A stretch of 64,000 bases of DNA from an uncultured archaeon (GTDB taxonomy: Archaea > EX4484-52 > JAADEF01), in the NCBI GenBank assembly GCA_964407715.1, contig CAYOWP010000001.1:32001-96000 (forward strand), in the 5' to 3' direction. Every line of letters begins with the position of its first letter. Position 1 is the stretch's first letter. The notes beneath the pieces are model-generated. The model was given only the letters and a program-made list of their open reading frames with translations, was not told the DNA's origin and did not search any database. The position numbers were made by a program, and so were the translations under genes. Positions 42,309 through 51,739 of the stretch are shown here, piece by piece.

Positions 42309-42605
42309 ATGCCTGAAGGAGAAGAAAAAGATATCATGGAAATTTTTAGAGAGATAAAAGAGAAGATTGCGAAGATAAATGAGGAAAAGAATGAGCTTGA
42401 AAGGAAATATCACGAGATACAGGAACAATTAAAACAAGTTCAAGCAAAAGAGATAGAGCTTAGGGATGCAATTGCAAAGTTTGCTCAAAAGGAAAGTGAA
42501 TTGAACGCGCAAAGAATCTCTATTGAAAAAAAATTAAAGGAAATAAACGATAAACTTGAGAAATTAATGAAAGTTCAAAAAGAACTTAAGGAAATATGGG
42601 GATAA
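42309..42605 (+). CDS. coiled-coil protein
   Basis: Heptad-rich E/K sequence, AGGTGA RBS. Confidence 0.75.
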   Translation: MPEGEEKDIMEIFREIKEKIAKINEEKNELERKYHEIQEQLKQVQAKEIELRDAIAKFAQKESELNAQRISIEKKLKEINDKLEKLMKVQKELKEIWG

Positions 42606-42627
42606 TGCATAGAGCAAGGTAATTACA

Positions 42628-43932
42628 ATGTCTGGAACTCAAGTTATTACAGAGAAAAATATTAAGAAAAATGTGATAGTAACAGAAAAGAATTTGGAAG
42701 CTGAGAATATCTTAAAAGATTTGGAAGAGAGCTATAAAGAGGGGTTAATATCAAAAGAGACATATGAAAAAGCAAAACGTTCTGTTTTGATGAATAAAGA
42801 AGATAAAAGTGAAAAGGAAGAAGTTCAAGAGGTTAAGGAGAAGAAAAAGGATAGAAAAAAAGAAGAGAGAGATAAGAAAATCTCTTTTATAAAGAGAAGA
42901 CATGTAGAAGAACTTAAAAAGATGAAGGAAAATTGGATAAAGGATCTCGAGTCTCTAAGAAGTTTGTATGAGCATGGCGTAATCTCTGAGGAAGAATATG
43001 AGAGAAGTAAAATAGATATCGAGGAAAAAATTGGTAAGATAGAGGAGATAATAAAAAAGGAATTGGAGGTTGAGGAATTAGAGGAATTAAAAGAGAGAAT
43101 CGAGAAAGAAATAAGGGAGGCATTTGATAAAGGGATATTTAAAGAAGAGGAAAGTAAACTAAAAAAGGATCTTGAAGCATTGGATTCGCTATTTGAAAGA
43201 GGTCTAATTTCCAAAGAGGAATACCAGAAAAAGAGGGAACTTATAGAAAGCCAACTTGAGAACTATTCTAAGTTAATAGATTTAATTGATGCAATATTTG
43301 ATAAATTCATTGAGGAAATAAATCAGAAGATTGAAGAAAACAAGGAAGCCACAAAACAGAAAGAGATTGAGGAACCAAAAGAAGGAGAGGTAAAGAAAGA
43401 GGTTAAAAAATATCCTTGGTATCTCAAACTTCTTCATATACTTGGATTATATGAAATAAAAGAAGAGGAAATAGCAGAGATAAATGAGATAGAAGAGCAA
43501 ATCAAAAAGGCATATAAGGAGAGTGAGATGAGATTCAAAATAAGCAATATGGCTCTTGTTATAAAGAGGAGAGTTAAGGAAATAATGAATATAGATAAGG
43601 CATTAACCTATAAGGAATTAATAGATTATATAGATAAATCTGACAAATTTGATGAGAATATTAAGGTAAAGCTTAGATCCTATTTCCAAGCTGTAATGCT
43701 TAAGGAATATCTTGAAAAGGAAGATGAGAAAGATATTGAAAACATCTATAAAGAGAGTTTAGAGATTGCTAAGTTATTAAGCAATATAGAGGAGAAAAAG
43801 AGAACTCAGAAGAAACCTGAAAAAGAGAAATCTATTGAAGAAAAAGGAAAAGAAGAGGTGGAAGAGAAAAAAGAAGAAAAAGAGAAAAAGAAAGGAATTT
43901 TTGAGAGGATAAATGAGTTCTTTGGTGTGTAA
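42628..43932 (+). CDS. coiled-coil protein with three SHOCT-like repeats
   Basis: L..L(Y/F)..G(L/V)IS.EEY...K occurs three times. Confidence 0.75.
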   Translation: MSGTQVITEKNIKKNVIVTEKNLEAENILKDLEESYKEGLISKETYEKAKRSVLMNKEDKSEKEEVQEVKEKKKDRKKEERDKKISFIKRRHVEELKKMKENWIKDLESLRSLYEHGVISEEEYERSKIDIEEKIGKIEEIIKKELEVEELEELKERIEKEIREAFDKGIFKEEESKLKKDLEALDSLFERGLISKEEYQKKRELIESQLENYSKLIDLIDAIFDKFIEEINQKIEENKEATKQKEIEEPKEGEVKKEVKKYPWYLKLLHILGLYEIKEEEIAEINEIEEQIKKAYKESEMRFKISNMALVIKRRVKEIMNIDKALTYKELIDYIDKSDKFDENIKVKLRSYFQAVMLKEYLEKEDEKDIENIYKESLEIAKLLSNIEEKKRTQKKPEKEKSIEEKGKEEVEEKKEEKEKKKGIFERINEFFGV

Positions 43933-43934
43933 TA

Positions 43935-44543
43935 ATGAGATATATTAGCGAGGGAAGATATGATATTTTGTTCATAATTGGCATATGCTTATATCTTATC
44001 TTTAGTAGCTATATTGTGCCTTTTACACATGAAGCAGGACATGTGCTATTCTTAAAGCTTTTTCACTGTCATTACTGGGCACATCTTGAGTATGGGTTTT
44101 TTAATTCATTTTATGGTGTTATATATGAAAAATGTGATTTAACGCAAAGAGAATTGGCATTGGTGTATATTGGTGGAGTATTGCTTACCTTTATTATTGG
44201 TATTTTTTTGCTTATTCTTGAGTATATCCTTCACAGAAAGCACAAGACAGAAATAGCCGTCCCAATCTTGTTTGTTTCGTATTCATATCTTCTTGACATT
44301 ACAAATTATCTCTTTTTTAAGGAAGGAGACATTGTAGAGTTCATGAGGACTGTTGGATTGGAAGAAAAAATAAGATATCTTCCATTGCTTGGTATACTTA
44401 TCGTGGTGTTATTGTTAACATATCTTTATGTGGATCTTCAAAGAGAACTTCATGTAATCATCGAAGAGGAAGAGCATCTCTTAAAGAGAATAATCAAAAA
44501 AATTAAGAAGCATCTTCGTTCAAAAACCTCGTCTCACAAATAA
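43935..44543 (+). CDS. membrane protein with M50-like HExxH motif
   Basis: THEAGH, YIGG in TM context. Confidence 0.65.
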   Translation: MRYISEGRYDILFIIGICLYLIFSSYIVPFTHEAGHVLFLKLFHCHYWAHLEYGFFNSFYGVIYEKCDLTQRELALVYIGGVLLTFIIGIFLLILEYILHRKHKTEIAVPILFVSYSYLLDITNYLFFKEGDIVEFMRTVGLEEKIRYLPLLGILIVVLLLTYLYVDLQRELHVIIEEEEHLLKRIIKKIKKHLRSKTSSHK

Positions 44544-44548
44544 GAAGA

Positions 44549-45215
44549 TTATGCGTTTAACCTTAAAAAGCGATTTGAAACAGATAACCTTTTTAAAGCA
44601 GTTAGCTGCTTAAAAAACCTTTGTGTTATTGAGATTTTCCCGTTAACAAATTAAAAATTTTTAATAAAAATGGTTAACGGGAAGATATCACTATCACAAG
44701 CACATTACAGCATGCTACCCTCTTAAAAAAGGTTAGCTGCTTGAAAACGCTAAATGAAAGGGTTATGCTTCCCGTTAACAAATTATTTAAAAAATAAAAA
44801 ATGGTTAACGGGAGGAAATCGCTATCATATAAAGTTTTGCAAGCATGCTAACCTCTACAAAAGGTTAGCTGCTTCTTAACCGCTTTAGAAAGGTTAGCTG
44901 CTTCAATACGCCAAATGAAAGGGTTATGCTTCCCGTTAACCAATTATTTTAAAAATAAAAAATGGTTAACGGGAGGAAATCGCTTTCTCAAGGCACATCG
45001 CAGCATGCTAACCTCTTTTCAGGTTAGCTGCTTCAAACCGCTCGAGAAAAGGAGCTATGCTTTGATGCGCTATTGATAAGGTATGCTTCCCATTAACAAT
45101 TTTTTAAATAATTTGGTTAACATGAGACCTCTCTTATCAATAGCACATTAAAGCATGGCATCCTTTCTTGAGCGGTTTGAAGCAGCTAATCTTTTAACCC
45201 TTAATTTGGTTAATA
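44549..45215. repeat. Palindromic repeat array: partial ~44557-44648, units 44672-44780, 44803-44941, 44964-45098, partial from 45115
   Basis: Largest uninterrupted array; includes long double-loop variants. Confidence 0.95.
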
Positions 45216-45287
45216 TGCCGCAACTTACAGATTGACAAAAAAATTTGATATAATTTTAAAAAATTATTTTTACATAATATAATCTTT

Positions 45288-45893
45288 ATGGTTAATTCCA
45301 AGATTTTTGATTTGCTTATTCAGGCAAACGCAATAGAGTTGGGAGGGCATTATGAGATATTTCCAAATACATATTCTCCAATATATTTCGATTTTAGGAA
45401 ATTCTTTGAGAATCCAAGATTGTTTGATATCTTGACAGATTTACTTGCTGATGTGACAAGAGAAATCAATCCAGAAAAGATTGCCGGTGCTTTTACTTCA
45501 GGCATTCCATTAGCTACTGCTATCTCTTTAAAAACCAACCTACCTATTGTTTTTGTTAGAAGACAGCCAAAGGAATATGGAAGCAGGGCAATGATAGAGG
45601 GTACGGTAAAAGAGGGAGAGAATGTGATGATAGTGGATGATATCTTTTCAACCTTAAAAAATAATGAAGCATATATAAACGCGCTAAGATCAGCAAAGGC
45701 AAATGTAAGATACTTTTTGGTTATATTTGATTATGGCATGACACCACCAGAAAAGCTATTAGAGGCTGGGATAGAGGTTATCTCTCTTATCACTGCTAAG
45801 GATTTGCTAATAAAATTAGAGAAATGGGGCAAGATAACAAAGGAGGAAAGAATGGAGTATATGAGGATACTAAAATATTCCAAGGTGTTCTAA
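45288..45893 (+). CDS. pyrE: orotate phosphoribosyltransferase
   Basis: SPIYFDFR, RRQPKEYG, IVDDI. Confidence 0.85.
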   Translation: MVNSKIFDLLIQANAIELGGHYEIFPNTYSPIYFDFRKFFENPRLFDILTDLLADVTREINPEKIAGAFTSGIPLATAISLKTNLPIVFVRRQPKEYGSRAMIEGTVKEGENVMIVDDIFSTLKNNEAYINALRSAKANVRYFLVIFDYGMTPPEKLLEAGIEVISLITAKDLLIKLEKWGKITKEERMEYMRILKYSKVF

Positions 45894-45912
45894 GATTGGA
45901 GGAAGAGCAAAT

Positions 45913-46488
45913 ATGGTGGGATTAGCTTATAGCGATCTAAAGGAAAAGATATTAAAGGAAAAAATGATAGAGGGATATGAAGATATTGAAAAACAATTGA
46001 CGCCAAATGGTTTTGATGTAAGAGCCTGTACAATTATTGAGGTAAAAGAAGCAGGAGAAGTTGGGATATCAAAAGAGGAAAACAAATCTCCTATTTTAGG
46101 CAAGGCATATGTACTTGAAGGACACGAGAAGATATTGGAAAATTTAAACATAGAGAAAATAATTACAATGAAATATGGAGAAAAACTTCCTTTATATAGG
46201 CTAAAACCATATCTTCTAATAACATGTGAGAAAATAAATACTCCTGAGGATTTATATTTCAAAATTGAGATAAGAAGTACTTTGTTCAGATATGGACAGA
46301 TGATACTGGAAACTGCGTTTGGAGATGCAGGTTATAAAGGAAGGCTAACTTTTTTGTTATTGCCAACATTAGATACCAAGTTGGCATTGGGTTGCAGAGT
46401 TGCACAAATATCTTTTGTTACTTTAACATCAAGAGCACATTATGAAAACCAAAAAGAATGTGGTTATCAAGGTGGAAAGATTTTATAA
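45913..46488 (+). CDS. dCTP deaminase/dUTPase family protein
   Basis: QLTPNGFD, RSTLFR.G, DAGYKG, RVAQ. Confidence 0.8.
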   Translation: MVGLAYSDLKEKILKEKMIEGYEDIEKQLTPNGFDVRACTIIEVKEAGEVGISKEENKSPILGKAYVLEGHEKILENLNIEKIITMKYGEKLPLYRLKPYLLITCEKINTPEDLYFKIEIRSTLFRYGQMILETAFGDAGYKGRLTFLLLPTLDTKLALGCRVAQISFVTLTSRAHYENQKECGYQGGKIL

Positions 46489-46512
46489 AAATAGAGCTTT
46501 TTCTTAACTCTT

Positions 46513-47205
46513 ATGAGAGTAGGAGTATTATTTTCTGGAGGAAAGGATTCTACTTTGGCATTGCATCTTGCTAAAGAACAGGGGTTAAAAATTGAATGCT
46601 TACTTTCCATTATTCCAAAAACACCAGAAAGCTATATGTTTCACTATCCTAACATGCATCTGGTTGATGTACAAGCAAAGGCGATGGGCATACCGATAAT
46701 AAATAGAATCACAAAAGGAAATAAAGAAGAGGAGCTAAAAGATTTAAAGTATCTATTGAGTAAAGCTATCTCAAGATACAACATAGAAGGAATAGTAACA
46801 GGAGTAATAAGATCCTCATACCAAGCAACAAGAATAAAAAGAATCGCTAAGGAATTATCTTTGAAGGTATTTAATCCCTTGTGGTTAAAAGATGATGAGG
46901 AAGTATATTCCATGTTATCCGAAAGGAATTTTAGAGTGATTATTGTTGGAGTATATGCTTATCCTTTATCAGAGAAATATTTAGGTGAAGAATTGAGCAA
47001 AGAGGTGTATGAGGAGCTGCTAAGATATAAGAAAGAATATGGCATTAGTCTTGTTGGAGAGGGAGGAGAATTGGAAACCTTTGTTGTGGATGCCCCTCTT
47101 TTTAATTTTATGATTGAAATAATAGAATGCTCTAAGGAATATAAGAGATATGAAGGAACATTAAAAATAAAAAAAGTGAGATTGGTAAAAAAGGATAAAA
47201 AATAA
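46513..47205 (+). CDS. diphthine--ammonia ligase (PP-loop)
   Basis: FSGGKDS, SYMFH, PLW, GEGGELET. Confidence 0.9.
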   Translation: MRVGVLFSGGKDSTLALHLAKEQGLKIECLLSIIPKTPESYMFHYPNMHLVDVQAKAMGIPIINRITKGNKEEELKDLKYLLSKAISRYNIEGIVTGVIRSSYQATRIKRIAKELSLKVFNPLWLKDDEEVYSMLSERNFRVIIVGVYAYPLSEKYLGEELSKEVYEELLRYKKEYGISLVGEGGELETFVVDAPLFNFMIEIIECSKEYKRYEGTLKIKKVRLVKKDKK

Positions 47206-47279
47206 GCCCCAGGCGGGATTCGAACCCGCGGCCTCCACCTTACCAAGGTGGCGCTCTAACCAGGCTGAGCTACTGGGGC
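47205..47279 (-). tRNA. tRNA-Thr(GGU)
   Basis: GCCCCAG acceptor stem, anticodon loop TTGGTAA, GGTTCGAATCC; CCA not encoded. Confidence 0.95.
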
Positions 47280-47288
47280 AAACAACCT

Positions 47289-48041
47289 TCATATTTTACT
47301 GAATAACTCTCTAAGAATAAAGTACTTTTTGTTTATCTCCTTATTGCTCTTTCTTATTTTTTCTAAGCGTTTTTCCAGTTCCTTCACTTTCTCTTCAATC
47401 TTTGCCGGATGCTTTCTGATGTCCTTCTCTATGGCTTTTATAATTTTTATCTCTTTAATGATTTTTTCCTTTTCCATTTCAAATTCTTTAAATGCATTTT
47501 CTAAGCTTTCCAACTTTTTCATTCTTTTGTCAATGATATCTGTAACGTTTTTAAGATCCTTCTCCAACTCTGCCTCTTCTTCTTTTATCTTATTGAATAC
47601 CTCAAGGATCTCTTTTTCCTTCTCTCTTATTCTTTTTAACAAATCCTCCATTTCCTCCCTTTTTTTCAAGTCTCTCTCTAACACATTTTCCAATTCTTTA
47701 AGTATCTCTATTTCCTTTTTCAATACCTTTTCCTTTTCTTGAACATTATACTCAATCTCTTTAATCGTTTTTTCACTGTCATCATATAATTTTTGAGTTA
47801 CTTCCTTTGATTTTTCTTCTACATCATGCGGGAGAGTTACATAAATTCTTCCAAAGGAGTATTCCAAGTTCACTAAGCCCTCTCCTTCCAATGCCTTAGC
47901 CCATTTCTCCACTACCTCTATTGGAAGAGAGAGAGCATTGGATACTTCTTTAATACTTACTTTACCTTTTGTGGAAACAATCTCTAAGAATTTATCTATA
48001 TCGCTTCCTTTTTTTATCTCCTCTAATATCTCTTTAGCCAT
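47289..48041 (-). CDS. wHTH plus coiled-coil hypothetical protein
   Basis: VSIKEVS..L..VEKWAKALE.EGLV N-terminus, long coiled coil. Confidence 0.7.
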   Translation of the reverse strand: MAKEILEEIKKGSDIDKFLEIVSTKGKVSIKEVSNALSLPIEVVEKWAKALEGEGLVNLEYSFGRIYVTLPHDVEEKSKEVTQKLYDDSEKTIKEIEYNVQEKEKVLKKEIEILKELENVLERDLKKREEMEDLLKRIREKEKEILEVFNKIKEEEAELEKDLKNVTDIIDKRMKKLESLENAFKEFEMEKEKIIKEIKIIKAIEKDIRKHPAKIEEKVKELEKRLEKIRKSNKEINKKYFILRELFSKI

Positions 48042-48122
48042 ATATTATCCAACCTCTTTATGATAATAAATTAAATATTAAATTTGAAATTTTTTATATC
48101 TTTATGGTTCTAATGGCTTTAT

Positions 48123-48270
48123 GGCATTGTCCAATAATTCTTTATTGTTAAGCGGAAACTTAACGCGCAAATAGCACTTATAGCAGTAATCGCATTAGCT
48201 CCATAAGGTTAGCTTTCTCTGATGCGCTTCTTTGAAATGTTACTTTCATAGGGAATTATTGGACAACACC
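48123..48270. mobile_element. MITE-like element, 9-bp TSD (T/C)GGCTTTAT, overlapping signal peptidase 3' end
   Basis: GGCATTGTCCAATAATTC / GAATTATTGGACAACACC; TSD 48114-48122 and 48271-48279. Confidence 0.85.
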
Positions 48271-48786
48271 CGGCTTTATTTCTATCTTAGTGTTGCATCC
48301 TTTGACATCTTCTCCAAATAAATATCCCAACCATAAACGAGGATATCCGAGATAAGGTATTCTATAGATTACTTTTCCCTCTACATTCTCAATTGGTATT
48401 AGCCAAGGGTCAGGTTGAGAGTTATTATCTCCCCATGCAACCACATATTTATGCGAATCTTCAAGTAATTTCTTATATGCTCTATGAACTATCAACCTAT
48501 CCTGAAGAGGCTCATAATATACAATAATTGTAGAATTTGGATCCTTCCATTTTTCATTAGCAACAATCTCATCCCACGAGACACCTTTAACAATGATTAC
48601 ATCTCCTCTCTCCAATGTTGGTACCATTGAACAAGACACCACAACTAACATTGGATAATCTGTTCCCAAAGCCAATCCCAAACCTTTATAAAGACAAACT
48701 GCTAAAATAAAAGCGATTATTACATCCTTAAGGTTTTCCCAAACATATGCTTTTAGAAACCTTATGATCTTTTTTCTTTCTGACAT
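48256..48786 (-). CDS. sec11: signal peptidase I (S26B, Sec11-like)
   Basis: VVSCSMVPTLERGD, IVHR, GDNN..D, IPYLG. Confidence 0.92.
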   Translation of the reverse strand: MSERKKIIRFLKAYVWENLKDVIIAFILAVCLYKGLGLALGTDYPMLVVVSCSMVPTLERGDVIIVKGVSWDEIVANEKWKDPNSTIIVYYEPLQDRLIVHRAYKKLLEDSHKYVVAWGDNNSQPDPWLIPIENVEGKVIYRIPYLGYPRLWLGYLFGEDVKGCNTKIEIKPGVVQ

Positions 48787-48891
48787 AATTTTACATATGG
48801 TGTAGAATATATTTAAAACTTTTAAATAACCTAAATATTTTTAAATTTTTATTTTCTTAAATTATATATCGATGTCAAAATGGTGATTTTA

Positions 48892-49170
48892 ATGCGAAGA
48901 TCAAAGGGGTTAAGGAGAGGTACAAGAAAATCTCTTCAGTCATATAAGAGACTTAAAATAACAGATATCATAAGGGAGTTTAATATAGGGGATAAGGTTG
49001 CCATGGTAATAAATCCTTCATATCATAAAGGTATGCCATTTAGAAGGTTTCATGGTAAGGTTGGTGAAGTAATTGGTAAAAGAGGTAATGCTTATATTGT
49101 TAAGTTTAAAGATGGGAACAAAGAAAAGATTCAAATTGTCATGCCTGCACACCTTAAAAAGGTTGCTTAA
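48892..49170 (+). CDS. rpl21e: 50S ribosomal protein L21e
   Basis: RSKG.RRGTR, HKGMP.RRFHG, PAHLK. Confidence 0.95.
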   Translation: MRRSKGLRRGTRKSLQSYKRLKITDIIREFNIGDKVAMVINPSYHKGMPFRRFHGKVGEVIGKRGNAYIVKFKDGNKEKIQIVMPAHLKKVA

Positions 49171-49187
49171 ATAAAAGGTGATCTACT

Positions 49188-49511
49188 ATGAAAATCATTG
49201 AGGAAAAGACAATTCCGAATTTTGAGGTGAAAAAGATCTTAGAAAACTTTAAGGATGAGGAATTGATTTTTGATCAAAAAATCACCAAAGATTTTCTAAA
49301 TAAATATTATGATATTGATGAAAAGATATATGCTGAGGTAAAGAAAAACCTACAAGAGAGAGGATTTCCTGAGCACATTGTTTCTATGATACTTAACGTC
49401 TTACCAGAGTATGAGGAGCAACTTGTTGCTATATTTGCAAAAGAAAGAAATAAGCCATCAGCAGAGGATATAAAATTCATTTTGGATGAAATAGCGAAAA
49501 TAATAAAGTGA
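49188..49511 (+). CDS. rpo4: RNA polymerase subunit Rpo4 (F)
   Basis: Conserved position after rpl21e; ILNVLP...L.AIFAKE. Confidence 0.85.
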   Translation: MKIIEEKTIPNFEVKKILENFKDEELIFDQKITKDFLNKYYDIDEKIYAEVKKNLQERGFPEHIVSMILNVLPEYEEQLVAIFAKERNKPSAEDIKFILDEIAKIIK

Positions 49512-49559
49512 TCTTTTTCTTATTGCTTTTTTATATTTCATTGAGAGGAGGTGTTTCTC

Positions 49560-50204
49560 ATGACAAAGATTAATCCAACCAAACCAGAGAGTAGAATCAG
49601 AGAGAAAAAAGAAAGAAGAGATGAATATGCCATAATTTTGGATTTCTTACCTCGTGGATATGCAAAAAGTAAAATTTCCATGCCTATTGCACAAGCAATA
49701 GCAACTACAACATTAACTTTGCTTGAGTTAAAATCAAAGCCTAATGTTTCTCTTGCTATAGGTGAAAAAGTATACATAGGAAGTGGGGAGAGAGATAAGA
49801 TAGAAAGCATATTAAGGAGATTATATTATAGAAATCTCACAGCGACAGCACAGAAAGAGTTGGAAAGGGCTTTACAAAAAATAATAGAGGAGAATGAGTT
49901 ACATTTTGTTGAATTTTTCAATAAGGCAGAGAGCATAAATATACGTGAACATCAATTGGATTTGCTTCCTGGTATGGGTAAAAAAACACTATGGCAGATT
50001 CTTGAGGAAAGAAAAAAAGAACCTTTCAAGAGTTTTGAGGATATCAAGAATAGAGTTCCTTCTATGATAGATCCAAAAAAAGCAATAATTAAAAGAATCA
50101 TTGAGGAATTAAAGGGAGAGGAAAAAATTTATTTGTTTACAAGACCTCCATATAGAGGAACCAGAAGAAAAAAGATGATGAGAAGATTTATGAAAAGAAG
50201 ATGA
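49560..50204 (+). CDS. DUF655 family RNA-binding protein
   Basis: ILDFLP.G, LLEL, HQLDLLPGMGKK, PFKSFEDI. Confidence 0.9.
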   Translation: MTKINPTKPESRIREKKERRDEYAIILDFLPRGYAKSKISMPIAQAIATTTLTLLELKSKPNVSLAIGEKVYIGSGERDKIESILRRLYYRNLTATAQKELERALQKIIEENELHFVEFFNKAESINIREHQLDLLPGMGKKTLWQILEERKKEPFKSFEDIKNRVPSMIDPKKAIIKRIIEELKGEEKIYLFTRPPYRGTRRKKMMRRFMKRR

Positions 50205-50280
50205 TGTTTAAATTTTCCCAAGAGATTATAGGAGCAAGCGCATATTTATTTTGGAAAAATTTTAGAAAGGTTTAGAATTC

Positions 50281-50515
50281 AGTTAACAGAAAACATATCC
50301 AATTCATCAGGAGGATTTTAGTGTTGTAATACTTAAAAAGCGGTTAGGAGCGGGTATCCTTTTACATGGATCATCCTGCTATAATATCCTAATGATAGAG
50401 ATATTTTCCTGTTAACTATTTTATTAAAGAATTTGTAACCATATCAAAAGCATTCCGTATAGCAGTTAACCTTTTAAGGAAATGAGGGCATTATCCAATA
50501 CTTCTTTATTGTTAA
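50281..50515. repeat. degenerate palindrome unit 50281-50417, fragment ~50435-50475, MITE end 50487-50515
   Basis: AGTTAACAGAAAACATA...TTCCTGTTAAC; GGCATTATCCAATACTTCTTTATTGTTAA. Confidence 0.7.
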
Positions 50516-50679
50516 ATGAGATCTATAAGATAACATTATTTTCATTTTATATTCTCCATTATATATTTTTAAGTATATTAACATAATTATGTTTAATCAC
50601 TACAATATATATTTTGAAATGTTAAAATCACTTAAAAGTAGTGAAAAGGAATTTTGTGGCTCCTTTATCTTTCATATGT

Positions 50680-51255
50680 TTATGCGAACAAAAATTCAGT
50701 TAACGAAAAAATGTGCTTCTTGATATCTCTCAGGTTTGCAGCATGGTAATCTCAATAAAGGGTTAGCTGCTTTCTAACCGCTTCGGAAAGGTTAGTATGT
50801 TCTGATATGCTATTGATAAAGTACTCTTCCTGTTAACCAATATTTTATTTTGAACCCTCTCGCAGCATACTACCCTCTACAAAAGCCATCAATGTGTTCG
50901 CATAAGGTTTATTATGCGAATTTTATTACTTGGTTAAGGGAAAGCATAGCCATATCCAAAAACCACTTTCAAGCAGCTAACCCTTTATTGAGGTTACCAT
51001 GCAGCAATGTGGTTGTGAAAGTGATTTCCTCCCATTAACCATTTTTATTTTGGTTAACGGGCAGCATAACCTATTCATTCAGCATATCGAAGCAGCTAAC
51101 CTTCTTAAGCGGTTAGTATGCTGCAATGTGCCTTAAAGAGGTGATATCCTCCCGTTAACCTTTTATTTTAAATAAAAATGGTTAAGGGGAAGAATCCCTT
51201 CTTAAAAAAAGTGTATCGAAGCAGCTAACCTTTATAGAAGGAATTGTTCGCATAA
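50680..51255. repeat. palindrome arrays (units 50698-50838, 50932-51040, 51052-51160, partial from 51180) bracketed by TTATGCGAACA/TGTTCGCATAA arms
   Basis: Arms at 50680-50690, 50895-50905, 50912-50922, 51245-51255. Confidence 0.9.
50895..50922. other. dif-like Xer recombination site candidate
   Basis: TGTTCGCATAA-GGTTTA-TTATGCGAATT: 11-6-11 with the CATAA/TTATG core of dif sites; xerA about 10 kb away. Confidence 0.6.
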
Positions 51256-51325
51256 AAATATTTCCTTTAAGATATATTTTGCAGTGTATTAACATATTTT
51301 TGTTGAAATACTATGAAATATATAT

Positions 51326-51658
51326 TTGATGATATATAATTGGGGACATAGAAATCGTAAAAATTTTAAAACTTTTCTATTTAAAGAAAAAATAAATATT
51401 CCTACATATTATGGGATGTTAGAATATAAAGGACATTATTTTCTTATCATGGAAAAAATAAATGGAATAACTTTAGCAGATCTCTATAACGACAAGGAGA
51501 TTCAATATAAGATAATAAGAAACATTGAAAAGAAACTAGAAAAGATCCCTAAAATAAAAGAAGTTAAAGACAGACATGCATATAATGTTATGATAAATAA
51601 CAAAAACAAACTTTATCTTATTGATTTAGAAGGAATAAAGATAAATGATTTCGCATAA
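51326..51658 (+). pseudogene. protein-kinase-like fragment (RIO/Bud32/APH-like C-lobe)
   Basis: LIMEKINGITL, DRHAYNVMI, LYLIDLE; N-lobe Gly loop/Lys absent. Confidence 0.55.
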
Positions 51659-51739
51659 CCTGAAAAAATAAAATATATATTAGAATATATACAATATTGA
51701 ATAGAAATATTTTTAAAATGTAACTACTATATAATAATT

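Noticed and set aside
42825-43214. Antisense shadow ORFs (also 47329-47742, 24669-25142, 54409-54903 and others)
   Set aside because: S/F/L-rich mirror frames of E/K-rich real genes on the opposite strand.
50576-50597. TATTAACATAA-TTATGTTTAAT palindrome resembling dif arms
   Set aside because: There is no 6-bp spacer and the context is extremely AT-rich.
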